From the NCBI RefSeq assembly GCF_964213995.1, contig NC_135825.1:51088001-51152000 (forward strand): a stretch of 64,000 bases of DNA. Reading direction: 5' to 3'. The DNA comes from Mustelus asterias. Taxonomy: Eukaryota. The stretch's first letter is position 1. Each line of letters opens with the position of its first letter. The notes beneath the pieces are model-generated. The model made no database searches and was not told where the DNA came from. It saw only the letters and a list, made by a program, of their open reading frames with translations. Below, in pieces: positions 52,561 to 64,000 of the stretch. A program made the position numbers and the translations under genes.

Positions 52561-53134
52561 TTCATTCCTTTTTGCAGATTTTCTAATTGTTTGATACAAC
52601 TAAGTGGTTCGTTGGCCATTTCCAGGGGCAGTTAAGAGTCAACCTCATTGATGTGTCTGGTGTCATATGTAGGCCAGACCAGGTAAGAATGGCAGATTTC
52701 CTTCACGAAGGTCAATCAGCTGGGTTTTTAATCACAATCAACAATAGTTTCATGGTCACTATTAATTCTGGACTTTATTGACAGGATTTAAATTCCAGCA
52801 GCTGACGTGGTGGGATTTGGACCTGGTCTCCAAAGCACTAGCCTGGGCCTCTGGATTACTTGTGCAGTGACATTACCACTACACCACCACCTTTCCTTCA
52901 CTGTCAGCTATTTGTCCCCCCTCTTTTCAATATTTTTATATCTGGCGAAGAGAAATTTTTGAAGAAAATGACAAGGAAAATCAATTGCTTTAATGTCCCG
53001 ATAATTCTGCTCCAGGGCTACACACCCTTCTTCAATTGCTGGAGACTCCAGGTCAGTCCTGAAAGGCTGGTAATCCTGCTAACATGCCAATGACAATCAG
53101 ACCTAAATCTGAGGTGATTAGAAGGAGGATTTGA

Positions 53135-53405
53135 GTGGACGTGAGAAAAATGGCTTCACCCTGAGGGATGGGGGGAGCGTGTTTGGAATTCGCTGCCTGG
53201 TTTGATGGTGGAGACAGAAGCCCTCAACTCACTGAAAAGGAATCCGGATCTGCAACTAAAGTGCTGTAACCTGCAAGCCTACAGACCGGGTGCTGGAAGG
53301 TAGGGTTAAAATGGGCAGTTAGATTTTTATTTTCTCTTTTTCAGCCAGTACAGCCACGATGGGCTGAACGGCCTCTTTCTGTGCCAAGACTTCTCTATGG
53401 TTCTA
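53135..53405 (+). mobile_element. CR1 3' fragment
   Basis: gtgagaaaaatggcttcaccctgagg..tggaattcgctgcctg..gatgggctgaacggcctctttctgtg. Confidence 0.7.
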
Positions 53406-53440
53406 AATAAAAAAAGTCTAGGAATGTTCTAAATCTGTTT

Positions 53441-53734
53441 CATAGGATCATCGAATCCCTAAATTGCAGAAGGAGGCCATTCGGCCCATCGAAACTGCAC
53501 TGACAACAATACCACCAGGTATACCCCGTAACCCAATGCATTTACCCTGCTGATCCCCCTGATACTAAGGGGAAAGTTACCATGGCCAATCAACCTAACC
53601 CACACAACTTTGGAGTGTGGGAGGAAACCGGAGCACCCAGAGGAAACCCACGCGGACAGGGGGAGAACATGCAAACTCCACATAGACAGTCACCCAAGAC
53701 TGGAATTGAACCTGGGTCCCTGGCAGTGCTAACC
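53441..53734 (-). mobile_element. HE1-type V-SINE
   Basis: Reverse complement of the V core and CR1-like tail; head partly deleted. Confidence 0.88.
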
Positions 53735-55192
53735 CAGTCTGTGATTTGGCCAGACTGACTGCAGGATTGCCATAGTACCCCTGGATATCTGAAGACAGGG
53801 AGGAGGAAATTCTATCCAGTGACACCTCTTGGAAATCGCACTTGTGGAGGCAATGAGTGAGCCCAGGGATCCAAGCCAACTGCAACACTGCTGCTGCCTG
53901 ATAGCCAGGAGTCACTCCCTAAACATCCATCTGAAAAATGTTCATCTGGACAAAAGTACCAGAAGGTGGTTGCTGCCTGTCAATCTATAACTCATCCCAG
54001 TAGGGGAGGGCAACTGGGAGGACCAGGGGGAAATCTACAACCAATTTCTGGTGAAATTGGAAAATGAAATCCCCTAGTCACTGTGCATTTGTGATGTTGT
54101 AAACACAACAGGAAGATGCCCTCTGGCCACATGTGTCAGTGAGGTTGTAAGCACAAACATAGACGAGGTCCTTTGATCACTTTATATCCCTAAAGAAATC
54201 GCAAGTCTTTTTTTAAAATGCATTTGCAATTTCAGAGGGGGGAACCCCTCTAAATGTTGAAATAAATCTCAGACACCCCCCACCCCACCACTCCTAAGTT
54301 TTGAAAGGCAAGGAACACATTTTTATCATTACAAAGAAAAAAGAAGTACTGTGCTAATAAGCAAATACAGAAAGCTAATGATATTGTTCACCCTTGGGAT
54401 TCCTTTGGAGGGAGCCTACTTTGAAAATCTACTGTTTATGATGTTGCAAGCAAATGACTAGAGGAAATATTTCCCTTGTGAGGATGGCTGAATAATTTTT
54501 TTAAATAAATCATCCATTAAGTCCTGGTAGAGTTACTGAATTATTTGCTTAGGAAACCAATACCCCAATGGAAATTATTTATTCACCGAGTGAAGGAAAC
54601 AGAATTAAATGATAAACTTACTAGGGCCAGGTGCCTCTTCTGATTTTTTGGAAAGTAGACAATTGGATTGTGGCCATTTGTAAATAAACCCGCTGCCTGA
54701 TTGAAAGAAATTCTCCATGAATTTTTGTTAAAATTTTAATACATTAAAACGAGGCTGCACTTGGATTGCTGGGAGGGCCGTCGTTATACATTGTAGTTTC
54801 AGTGTGTCCTTTTGTTGAAGGAAGTCAGTGTGTAATGAAAGAAACCACTTAGAATTAAAACCTGCAAAGTGTTTCCTTTGGATAACTTTTTCCGAAGCTG
54901 CTGACTCATGCTGGCATAAGTTCCAGGGTATCAATCAAGTGAGATGCCATCACATCCAGCCGCAGATTTGAATACAGCAAACGTGTATTTTACATATTGG
55001 AAACATACAAGGGGTTGGGAGTGAGGGATCATTTCCACTGGAAGCACATTTCTTGTGGAAACCACCAAAAATGTCAGTCAGACACGGAGGCAAATCTAGA
55101 TCACCGGAGCGCAAACATTTATGATTTCCTTGAGCGCCACACTAGTACATAGGCTAGCAATGTCAAAAGAGCACATAGACACAGTTTTGTTT

Positions 55193-55317
55193 AAGGTTAA
55201 AGTTTATTTATTAGTGTCACAAGTAGGCTTACATTAACACTGCAATTAAGTTACCGTGAAAATCCCCTAGTCACCACACTCCAGTGCCTGTTCAGGTACA
55301 CTGAGGGAGAATTTAGC
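55193..55317 (-). mobile_element. V-SINE tail type B fragment
   Basis: aaagtttatttattagtgtcacaagtaggcttacattaacactgcaatt...gagggagaatttagc. Confidence 0.85.
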
Positions 55318-55608
55318 CCTCTAGCTTCGAGAGCTCACCAACTGCCCTTAATTGAGCAGTGAATGCCAATTGATCCCCCATGAAAATTCCAATGAGTGAC
55401 TGTTTCCCTTTCGGGATCAGGAAAACAGTCCCAACTTCTGTTCCTTACACCAGGAGGGAAATTCCTGCCCTACATGTTGGAATATTTCCAAGGAGCTCCC
55501 TCCTCATGGGTATCCGGAGCTTGAATGTTGCAGTATTTCCAAACTTCTTTCGCGATGTAAGTCACTAACTGGGGCAGAATGCTGCTCATGTCTGGCTATT
55601 AAAATCAG

Positions 55609-56352
55609 GATGTGGAGATGCCGGCGTTGGACTGGGGTAAACACAGTAAGAAGTTTAACAACACCAGGTTAAAGTCCAACAGGTTTATTTGGTAGCAAAA
55701 GCCACACAAGCTTTCGGAGCTGCAAGCCCCTTCTTCAGGTGAGTGGGAATTCTGTTCACAAACAGAGCTTATAAAGACACAGACATTGGGGAAACTATGC
55801 AGACGCTGCGACAACGGATGAATGAACACCGCTCGACAATCACCAGGCAAGACTGTTCTCTTCCTGTTGGGGAGCACTTCAGCGGTCACGGGCATTCAGC
55901 CTCTGATATTCGGGTAAGCGTTCTCCAAGGCGGCCTTCGCGACACACGACAGCGCAGAGTCGCTGAGCAGAAACTGATAGCCAAGTTCCGCACACACGAG
56001 GACGGCCTCAACCGGGATATTGGGTTTATGTCACACTATTTGTAACTCCCACAGTTGCGTGGACCTGCAGAGTTTCACTGGCTGTCTTGTCTGGAGACAA
56101 TACACATCTTTTTAGCCTGTCTTGATGCTCTCTCCACTCACATTGTTTCGTTTCTTAAAGACTTGATTAGTTGTAAGTATTCGCATTCCAACCATTATTC
56201 ATGTAAATTGAGTCTGTGTCTTTATAAGCTCTGTTTGTGAACAGAATTCCCACTCACCTGAAGAAGGGGCTTAGAGCTCCGAAAGCTTGTGTGGCTTTTG
56301 CTACCAAATAAACCTGTTGGACTTTAACCTGGTGTTGTTAAACTTCTTACTG
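55609..56352. mobile_element. Penelope foldback insertion (minus terminal repeat + plus GIY-YIG C-terminus and terminal repeat)
   Basis: IGETMQTLRQRMNEHRS..VGEHFSGHGH..GLNRD; perfect 12-bp TSD tattaaaatcag (55597-55608 / 56353-56364). Confidence 0.92.
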
Positions 56353-56731
56353 TATTAAAATCAGTGCAATGCTGGGACATGGGCTAATTTTTGGACTCCA
56401 TTGTTCAGATCAATTCTACCATCTCCAGCTTTCCTGAATGAAGGCTCAGCACAGGTTGAGAATGAAAGTTGGTTTTATATGGTCTATAATATAACAGGTG
56501 GACAGTGCCTTAACCCAGAGACCCCGGCATGAGCCGTGCCTTCAGAGAGGATGTATCTCTCAGGCTCTCCCTCATTTGTTCTCTCTTCCTTTCTCCTGCT
56601 TCCAATTTAGTCAAATTTTACCTCAATATGGCCAATATTGGGTTTAAAAATAGGATACTGAATGGATGTCCACATTATTTGTTTTTCCAATCTTAAAATG
56701 GTTCAAGATTGAACGGCCCAAATTCTGCTGC

Positions 56732-57081
56732 AGGGAACGGCAGCACAGTGGTTAGCACTGTTGCCTCACAGCACCAGGGACCTGAGTTCAATACTGACCT
56801 TGGGTAAGTGTCTGTGTGGAGTTTGCACGTTGTCTGCATGGGTTTCCTCCGGGTGCTCCGATTTTTTCCCACACTCCAAAGATGTGCAGGTTAGACAGAT
56901 TGGCCATACTAAATTGCCCCTTAGTTTCACAGTAACTTCATTGCAGTGTCTGTTAGTGCCAGAGGATTTATCAGGGTAAGTATGTGGGGTTATGGGGATA
57001 GGGCCTGGGTGGGATTGTTGTTGGTGCAAGCTCGATGGGCCAAATGGCCTCCTTCTGCACTGTAGGGATTTTATGATTCTA
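56732..57081 (+). mobile_element. HE1-type V-SINE with an internal piece of the type-B tail
   Basis: Full head, core and CR1-like tail, with tttcacagtaacttcattgcagtgt at 56925-56949. Confidence 0.85.
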
Positions 57082-57365
57082 TCAACCCTGCTTGTTTGAT
57101 TTGTTTGTGCATGTTTTGGTTTATAAATTTTTCTCCCACAAAGTTGGAAGAGAGGCAAGCTGATGACAGGGAGGAGGCCACAGAGCAGTGGAAATCTTGA
57201 TCAATAATGGGACAAAGAGTACATCTCCAAAGAGTTGAGAAATAAACAAGGGAGATAGGAAGGAGGGTAAATTAGACTGAGTGAATTAAATACAAATTAA
57301 ATCCAGAGAGGGAAATAAACGGAAAGCAAGGATTAGATTATGAGAGAGGAAGAGACAGAAAGGAA

Positions 57366-57843
57366 CCAACTCACCAACTTTTACAGATGCACCATAGAAA
57401 GCATTCTTTCTGGTTGCATCACAGCTTGGTATGGCTCCTACTCTGCCTAAGATCACTAGAAACTACAAAAGGTCATGAATGTAGCCCAATCCATCACGCA
57501 AACCAGCCTCCCATCCACTGATTCTGTCCACACTTCCCACTGCCTCGACAAAGCAGCCAGCATAATTAAGGACCCCATGCACCCCAGATATTCTCTCTTC
57601 CACCTTCTTCCGTCGGTACCAACCGACTCAAGAACAGCTTCTTCCCTGCTGCTGTCAGACTTTTGAATGGACCAACCCCGCATTAAATTGATCTTTCTCT
57701 ACACCCGAGCTATGACTGTAACACTGCATTCTGCACTCTTTCCTTTCCTTCTCTATGAATGGTATGCTTTGTCTGTATAGTGCCCACAAACAATACTTTT
57801 CACTGTATGCTAATACATGTGACAATAATAAATCAAATCAAAG
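57366..57843 (+). mobile_element. Rex1/Babar-type LINE 3' end
   Basis: Closely similar to 21370-21843; ends catgtgacaataataaatcaaatcaaa. Confidence 0.88.
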
Positions 57844-58394
57844 TGAGGAAAACATGATTTTAGTTTCAAATTTGGTATTGCTGAGGTTATGGGGATAGGG
57901 CCAACAATAATTGCAAACTTGAGAGAAAGAAACTTCACACTATTAATGGTTCATTTTTGTGCAGCAGAGGTCAATGAGAAGTCATTAACAATTTTCACCC
58001 TGTTAGAAGGGTACTTAACTTTTTTGTCAAGTTTAATAGGTAACTATCAGCCATGATCGTGATGAATGGCGGAGCAGGCTCAAAGGGCCAAATGGCCTCC
58101 TCCTATCTTCTATGTTTCTAATGTGCAAATACAGCAGAAAGTAAGGGAGAGCTCAAAGGTGAGATGCTGTTTTTGCTAATGGTGGCATGATGCAAATCAT
58201 CCTGAACTCACAGATGGTTGCTTCCTTGTTGTAGGTTTCTGGTGGTATTGCATTAACGATGGGAATGTGTCATTCACATATCATTACTTTTTCAGCCAAT
58301 CCTGGATCTATAGCACGTGCTGTGCTGCAACATTGCCACAAGTAGAAATTTAGATTTCCATACTGGCTCAGTGCAGGTTCAGGGTGACATTCCG

Positions 58395-59350
58395 AAGGAG
58401 TGATTTTCCAACCTTGCCACGCCTGGTGCACACTGCGCCGATCTCGGAAAATAGCGTGCAGGCCTAAATTTGGTTTTGCACTCAGCGCCGAATGGTGCCA
58501 AATCACCCCAATCCCTTTCTAATGGTGTAAACCAGATTGTGCCCAGAAAGGTGTTAGGCCAATTAGTATTGTTAAAGTGGTATTTAAATATGCATAGCCC
58601 GTTCGACGCCGGATTCTTCCTGCTCCCAGGACCTTCCAACCTTTGGGTGTGGCACGAAACCAGCGAGAATCACTATTGGTCTCCACTAACAGAGACCAGG
58701 TGCAACGGCCCACCTGAGACCCTGGCAGTGCCAATTGGACACTGCCAGTATGTCAGGGGCAGTGCCAAGGGTTGATGCCCGAGTGGGTGTGGGGATTTAG
58801 AGGGGACTATGACAGGGGACAATGATGGGGGACTATGCTGGGGTCTATGCAGAGGAGGCTATGCAAGGGGTCTATGAAGGGTAGGCTATGCAGGGGAGCA
58901 TGCAGGGGAGGCTATGCAGGGAGGTCTATGAAGGATAGGCTATGCAGGGGGTCTATGCACAGGGCCATGAAGGTGGAACATGAAGGGGGACATGTCAGAG
59001 TTCATGTTGGGAGACCCATTGGGAGTGTCCCAATGCCGGCGTTATGCGTCGGGAAGAGGTGGAGAAACATGCCTCTGTTGAGGGGTGGGGGGGCCCGATT
59101 TCTGTGAGGGGAGGGGTCTCCCAGTGCACTGTGAGATTAGGCGCCCTTCCAAAACTGTGCCCAATTGCTTTGCAGCTGGGCTCACCAATGTGTTTCGGCC
59201 CTGACTCCCAGAACAGTCGTGCAACTCGCCAGTCTCCCAGAAAATGACTGACTGTGGGGTGGTTGCGGTACAGACCACGCCAGACAGACTGGCATGGATC
59301 ACGCCGGTATTATCACCGTTATGACACATTTTTTGGAGGAAAATTCCATT
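58395..59350. mobile_element. Putative non-autonomous DNA transposon with an internal G-rich minisatellite (ctatg core, about 58805-58965)
   Basis: GC-rich block bounded by loosely inverted ends (gattttcc ... ggaaaattcc); similar short elements at about 2390-2560, 50300-50410 and 61687-61815. Confidence 0.4.
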
Positions 59351-59443
59351 CTGACTATTGTTCATTCCATCTAAATTGAAAACGTCACATTGTGCCAGAG
59401 TCTTGTTATTTATTTACTGAGGCTGTGTGGCTTATCCCAAATT

Positions 59444-59795
59444 ATGATGTGGAGATGCCGGCGTTGGACTGGTGTAAACACAATAAGAAGTCTCACAACA
59501 CCAGGCTAAAGTCCAACAGGTTTATTTGGTAGCAAAAGCCACTAGCTTTCGGAGCGCTGCCCCTTCGTCAGGTAAGTGGGAGTTCTGTTCACAAACAGGG
59601 CATATAAAGACACAAACTATAATAAAATATAAACACAATATAAAGACACACATTGAGTTTGTGTCTTTATATGCCCTGTTTGTGAACAGAACTCCCACTT
59701 ACCTGACGAAGGAGCAGCACTCCGAAAGCTAGTGGCTTTTGCTACCAAATAAACCTGTTGGACTTAACCTGATGTTGTGAGACTTCTTACTGTGT
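59444..59795. mobile_element. Miniature palindromic Penelope derivative (two inverted terminal repeats, no coding sequence)
   Basis: Arms about 59480-59617 and 59654-59795 are reverse complements; one hammerhead motif per arm; TSD ttatcccaaa (59432-59441 / 59796-59805). Confidence 0.9.
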
Positions 59796-59829
59796 TTATC
59801 CCAAACTAAGCAAGGTTAGGGTCATCTCA

Positions 59830-59946
59830 ACACCCCCCTCTCCTCCCCATTCCACCCTTCCCCTCCCCTCCCCACCCAACCCTTCCCCTCCCCTCCCCTC
59901 CCAACCCCTCCCCTCCCCACCCAACCCCTCCCCTCCCCACCCCACC
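59830..59946. repeat. (CCCCT/CCCCA)n pyrimidine tract; G-quadruplex-prone on the minus strand
   Basis: About 20 C-runs of 3-6 nt with short spacers. Confidence 0.85.
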
Positions 59947-61261
59947 TGAAAAGCTAATGTTTAGCAAAGAAGGTCGACCTGTGAGTGTGGGGTAGTCTGG
60001 GCATATTGTACTCAAGCTAAAATACAAGAATACTTTCAACTGCTTTGATCTTGACCACAACATTAAGTCTGCGAATACTAGTTAAGAGATATCAGATGGG
60101 ACAGTTCATTTCTTTCCTTTCCATTTTTCTCTGCTCTTCTCAAGGTGCTGGTTTCTGCTGAGATACATTTTTTTAATTTGTGGGACATGGGCGTCACTGG
60201 CTGGCCAACAGTTATTGCCCATTCCTAGAGGGCATTTGAGAGTCAACCACATTGCTGTGGCTCTGGAGTCACATGTAGGCCAGACCAGGTAGATTTCCTT
60301 CTCTAAAGGACATTAGCGAACCAGATGGGGTTTCCCGACAATCGACAATGGTTTCATGGTCATCAGTGGATTCTTAATTCCAGATTTTTAAAATTGAATT
60401 CCACCATCTGCTGTGGCGGGATTCGAACCCGGGTCCCTACAACATTAGCTGAGTTTCTGGATTGAGAGTCTAGCGATAATACCACTAGGCTATCGCCTTG
60501 CACAGGCGGCAACCGTTGAGGCAGTGAAACTACTTCAATGTCACTGGGCTGGGCATGATCAATCAGCCAGGGATCCCCCAGTAAATCCCACTGGATGGCA
60601 AGCAGGTGTGTGATGAGGATGGAGTGAATATCAGTTACAATGTTCTTTGTGGTACATTGACAAGCAGTCTAGCCTCACTTCAAAATTGAAGTTTTTGATT
60701 ATGTTCCACTTCTGAGTTTTCTAAAGGCCTCTGTTTCCTCTGTGTGCTATTCCTGTCTGAGTTACTTTTAATGCAGTCTTTCAGCTGCTTATTTAAAACT
60801 GATTAACAACTGTATTAGAATAGAGCACTGGAGCAGACTGGAACTTAACATGAGCACATTTACCAGTGAGCTAAAAACGGAGCATGTGAAACCCTGATCA
60901 GACGATGGCACACACCACCTCAGAGCAGATGCAAATCTTACCAAAGGGCAACGCGGTGATAACACTCAACTTTCATGGGTATGATCCTCTGCATAATAAT
61001 TTACAAGTCTCAACTAAAGTTTAGACAGTACGGGGAAAGAGTCAATCTGTTTGGCCACATTATTAAAGAACCTTTATAGCCATCGAGTCTTGAGTGGGAC
61101 TTGGCTCAGAACTTCAGACCCAGAGATGCTACCACTGCGCTGCAGTGTCTGGTCAGTACCAGAGGGCAGTGCCAGAGGGCAGTGCCAGAGGCACTGCCAG
61201 GGAGCCCTGCTTAGGAGGAGGGTTACCATTGGGAGGTCCATAGGGGTCAGGTTCAGGTTTT

Positions 61262-61386
61262 TTAAAAGTTTACTTATTATTGTCACAAGTAGGCTACATT
61301 AACACTGCGATGAAGTTACTGTGAAAATCCCCGAGTCGCCACACTCCGGCATCTGTTCGGGTACACTGAGGGAGAATTTAGCATGG
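61262..61386 (-). mobile_element. V-SINE tail type B fragment
   Basis: aaagtttacttattattgtcacaagtaggctacattaacactgcgatgaagttactgtgaaaatcccc. Confidence 0.85.
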
Positions 61387-62409
61387 ATAGATTTTAAATA
61401 GTAACATAAAGGGAGAGAGAGAGGTAGTGAGTCGGACAGCATTAGAGAAGGTGGTCAAAAGCTTAAAGGCAAGGTGAGGAAAGAAAATTAAAGAGGCGCA
61501 ATAGCTATTATTTACACTGGACTTCCTGTACTTCCAAAGTCAGCAAATTGCCCTACAAACTCTTGGAGATGTCTGCACCCCTTCCCTACTGTACATCCTA
61601 CTTTAATGTCTCCACCATTGCCAGCAATGCCTTCTCTGATTCAATACCTTGCTTTCTCCTCCTCTGTGCTGCTGATTTAAATCTACGGGCGGGATTTTCC
61701 GTCCGCACTCGCCCCAAAACTGGAAAATCCCACCCGAGGTCAACGGACCTTTGCATGGTCCGCCCTCCCCCCATCCGCTACGATTCCCGTGGCAGGTGAG
61801 ACGGGAAAATTCCCCTCCTACATCTTTGACAAAGCTTTTGGTCATCTGCCCTTTCCTGTGAAATGCCGTGTCACATTTTACAACAATAAAGGAGCTACAT
61901 AAATGAAAATGTGTGGCTCACCTTCTCATTCGGCACTGCGTCCATCACTCAGCGAATCCAGAGCCCTGTTAACAATTCCAACAGTGTTATAACGGCCATT
62001 CCATGTGTCATGCTTGATTCATTGCTTGAGCAGCTCGGCTCAAGAATAGGGGGATATTTTACTGCTAAATAGGCAAACTAATTGCTTTGGCTTAAATATG
62101 GTAACCGTGGCAACTTCAATACCCGTCATGAAGGAGTAAAGTGTATGAGGCTCTTTAGCAGCTTATTAGATTGAAGCTATTTCACTTTACAGTCCAGTAA
62201 GTAGAAACCTTTGAGAGGTCTCACTGTGCATTAGCCTCATTAGTCAACTCGCCCTCTTGATTAGTCTTAGTTACTGACTGCAAACCCAATCTGTTGCTAG
62301 AATCCAGCTGCCCAAATATTTCTGTATCTCATTGCTCATGTTTCTTGTTGCAGAGTGGGATTCAAATATTAGTTGGTTAGAGTGATAGAAAAGTTTAACC
62401 TGTTCTTCC

Positions 62410-62572
62410 AAGAGGAATTTAGATTTGGCTCTTGGGGCTAAAGGGATCAAAGGATATGGGGGGGAAGGTGGGATCAGGATACCGAATTTGATGATCAGCC
62501 AGGATCAAAATGAATGTTGGAGCAGGCTCGAAGGGCTGAATGGCCTACTCCTGCTTCTAATTTCTATGTTTC
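62410..62572 (+). mobile_element. CR1 3' tail
   Basis: gatcaaaggatatggggg...gatcagccaggatc..gagcaggctcgaagggctgaatggcctactcctgcttct. Confidence 0.8.
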
Positions 62573-63692
62573 AGTGTTTACCCTATTTGTTCTCTGATGC
62601 AGGCCCTGACTCTTTGCTGCAACTTCTTCAGCTTTTCCTATTTGACCACAGAAGCTATTCTTTGCGTTTGAACCCTGCGGGGAACGTCAACAGCACCTTG
62701 TGGGGGAGCCACAGAATCAAGCCTAGTGTCAGAGCCCATGGGCGCTGCGTAAGGCGCATGTGTTAGAAGCAGTAGCCACAGGAATTTCCCAAAGATGGGA
62801 AAGAAGAGACTTTTAAAAGAATGTGGACAAGTTAAGGGAGAAGCGTAGATGAGAGATGCTGGTGCGTGGTAATGTCACTGCACTGGTAATCCAGAGGCCC
62901 CATGCCCTGGGTTCAAATCCCACCACGGCAGCTGGTGGAATTTAAATTCAATTAATAAAATCTGGAATGCAAAGCTAGTCTCAGTGACGGTGACAACTAC
63001 CATCAATTGTTGTAAAAGAATCTATCAGATTCACTAACATCTGCTGTCGTTACCCTACATGTGACCCCAGAGTCAGACTCACAGCAATGTGGTTGACTCA
63101 TAACTGCCCTCTGAAATGGCCAAGTGTGCCACTCAGATCCAGGGGCAATTAGGGATGGGCAACCAGTATAGGGGCCTTGCCAGTGATGCCACATCCCATG
63201 AAAGGTGCTGGAAGGATATTCTAATCCTGGAGGATTGGCATGGAAGGGAGGTTACACAGGACTAGAGGATCAGGAGCAAGTGAGAACTGGATGGAGAGCT
63301 AAAAGAAAGGGATCCAGATCAAAGGAAACATGTTGGTGAGGACAGGGCTGATGGATGATCGCTGGAATGAGGCAGGATGGGCGGTGCAGGTTGGAGTTGA
63401 GGAGGCTGGAGAAGGAGACATGTCAGGTTTCAGATTAGCCCCGTTCCAAATCGATATAGATATAGCCAGTGTTACAAGTCAATGATTAGAAAATCTAGCT
63501 TGTCAAGTGTTGAGGCAACTGAAGCATGGATCAGGACCTCATTGAAGGTGAGGGCAGGATCGGAATAGACACAGAAGGAAGCAGCCTCAAGGATAGATCA
63601 CAGACAATCTTGGAGCTTTATAGATTCTGGCTGGGCTGAAGTTTATACATTTGTTGCAACCTGATGCAGCTAACGCAATTCAAACTTCAAAT

Positions 63693-64000
63693 AGGGGCGG
63701 CATGGTAGCACAGTGGTTAGCACTGCTGCTTCACAGCTCCAGGGACCTGGGTTCGATTCCCGGCTTGGGTCACTGTCTGTGTGGAGTTTGCACGTTCTCC
63801 TTGTGTCTGCGTGTGTTTCTTCCGGGTGCTCCGGTTTCCTCCCACAGTCCAAAGATGTGCGGGTTAGGTTGATTGGCCATGATAAATTGCCCCTTAGTGT
63901 CCTGAGATGTGTAGGTTAGAGGGATTAGCGGGTAAAATATGTAGGGATAAGAGGGTAGGGCCTGGGTGGGATTATGGTCGGTGCAGACTCGATGGGCCGA
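63693..64000 (+). mobile_element. HE1-type V-SINE, cut by the window end
   Basis: Nearly identical to the copy at 43722-44065. Confidence 0.92.

Overview
Vertebrate genomic DNA, most likely from a cartilaginous fish (shark): it carries abundant HE1-type V-SINEs plus CR1, L2, Rex1 and Penelope retroelements. The only host gene visible is the 5' end of a HIPK kinase gene (closest to HIPK1) on the minus strand: CpG-island promoter and first exon at about 25.8-26.7 kb, a 15.5-kb intron 1 (with a 391-N gap), the large ATG-bearing exon 2 (9157-10249) and more than 9 kb of intron 2. The 27-64 kb region upstream of the gene has no recognisable exons and is a nest of retroelements. The most notable structure is a Neptune-type Penelope (RT + GIY-YIG) family whose terminal repeats each carry a minimal, probably dimer-dependent hammerhead ribozyme motif (10 copies). 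This family occurs as a size series of foldback insertions (4.3 kb, 0.74 kb, 0.72 kb, 0.35 kb) plus an 81-bp solo insertion and a 1.8-kb uninverted copy, each with a target-site duplication. Two copies landed at the same register of a palindrome-rich 39-bp minisatellite. All calls were made by eye; repeat boundaries are approximate and family names come from recalled motifs, not from database searches.
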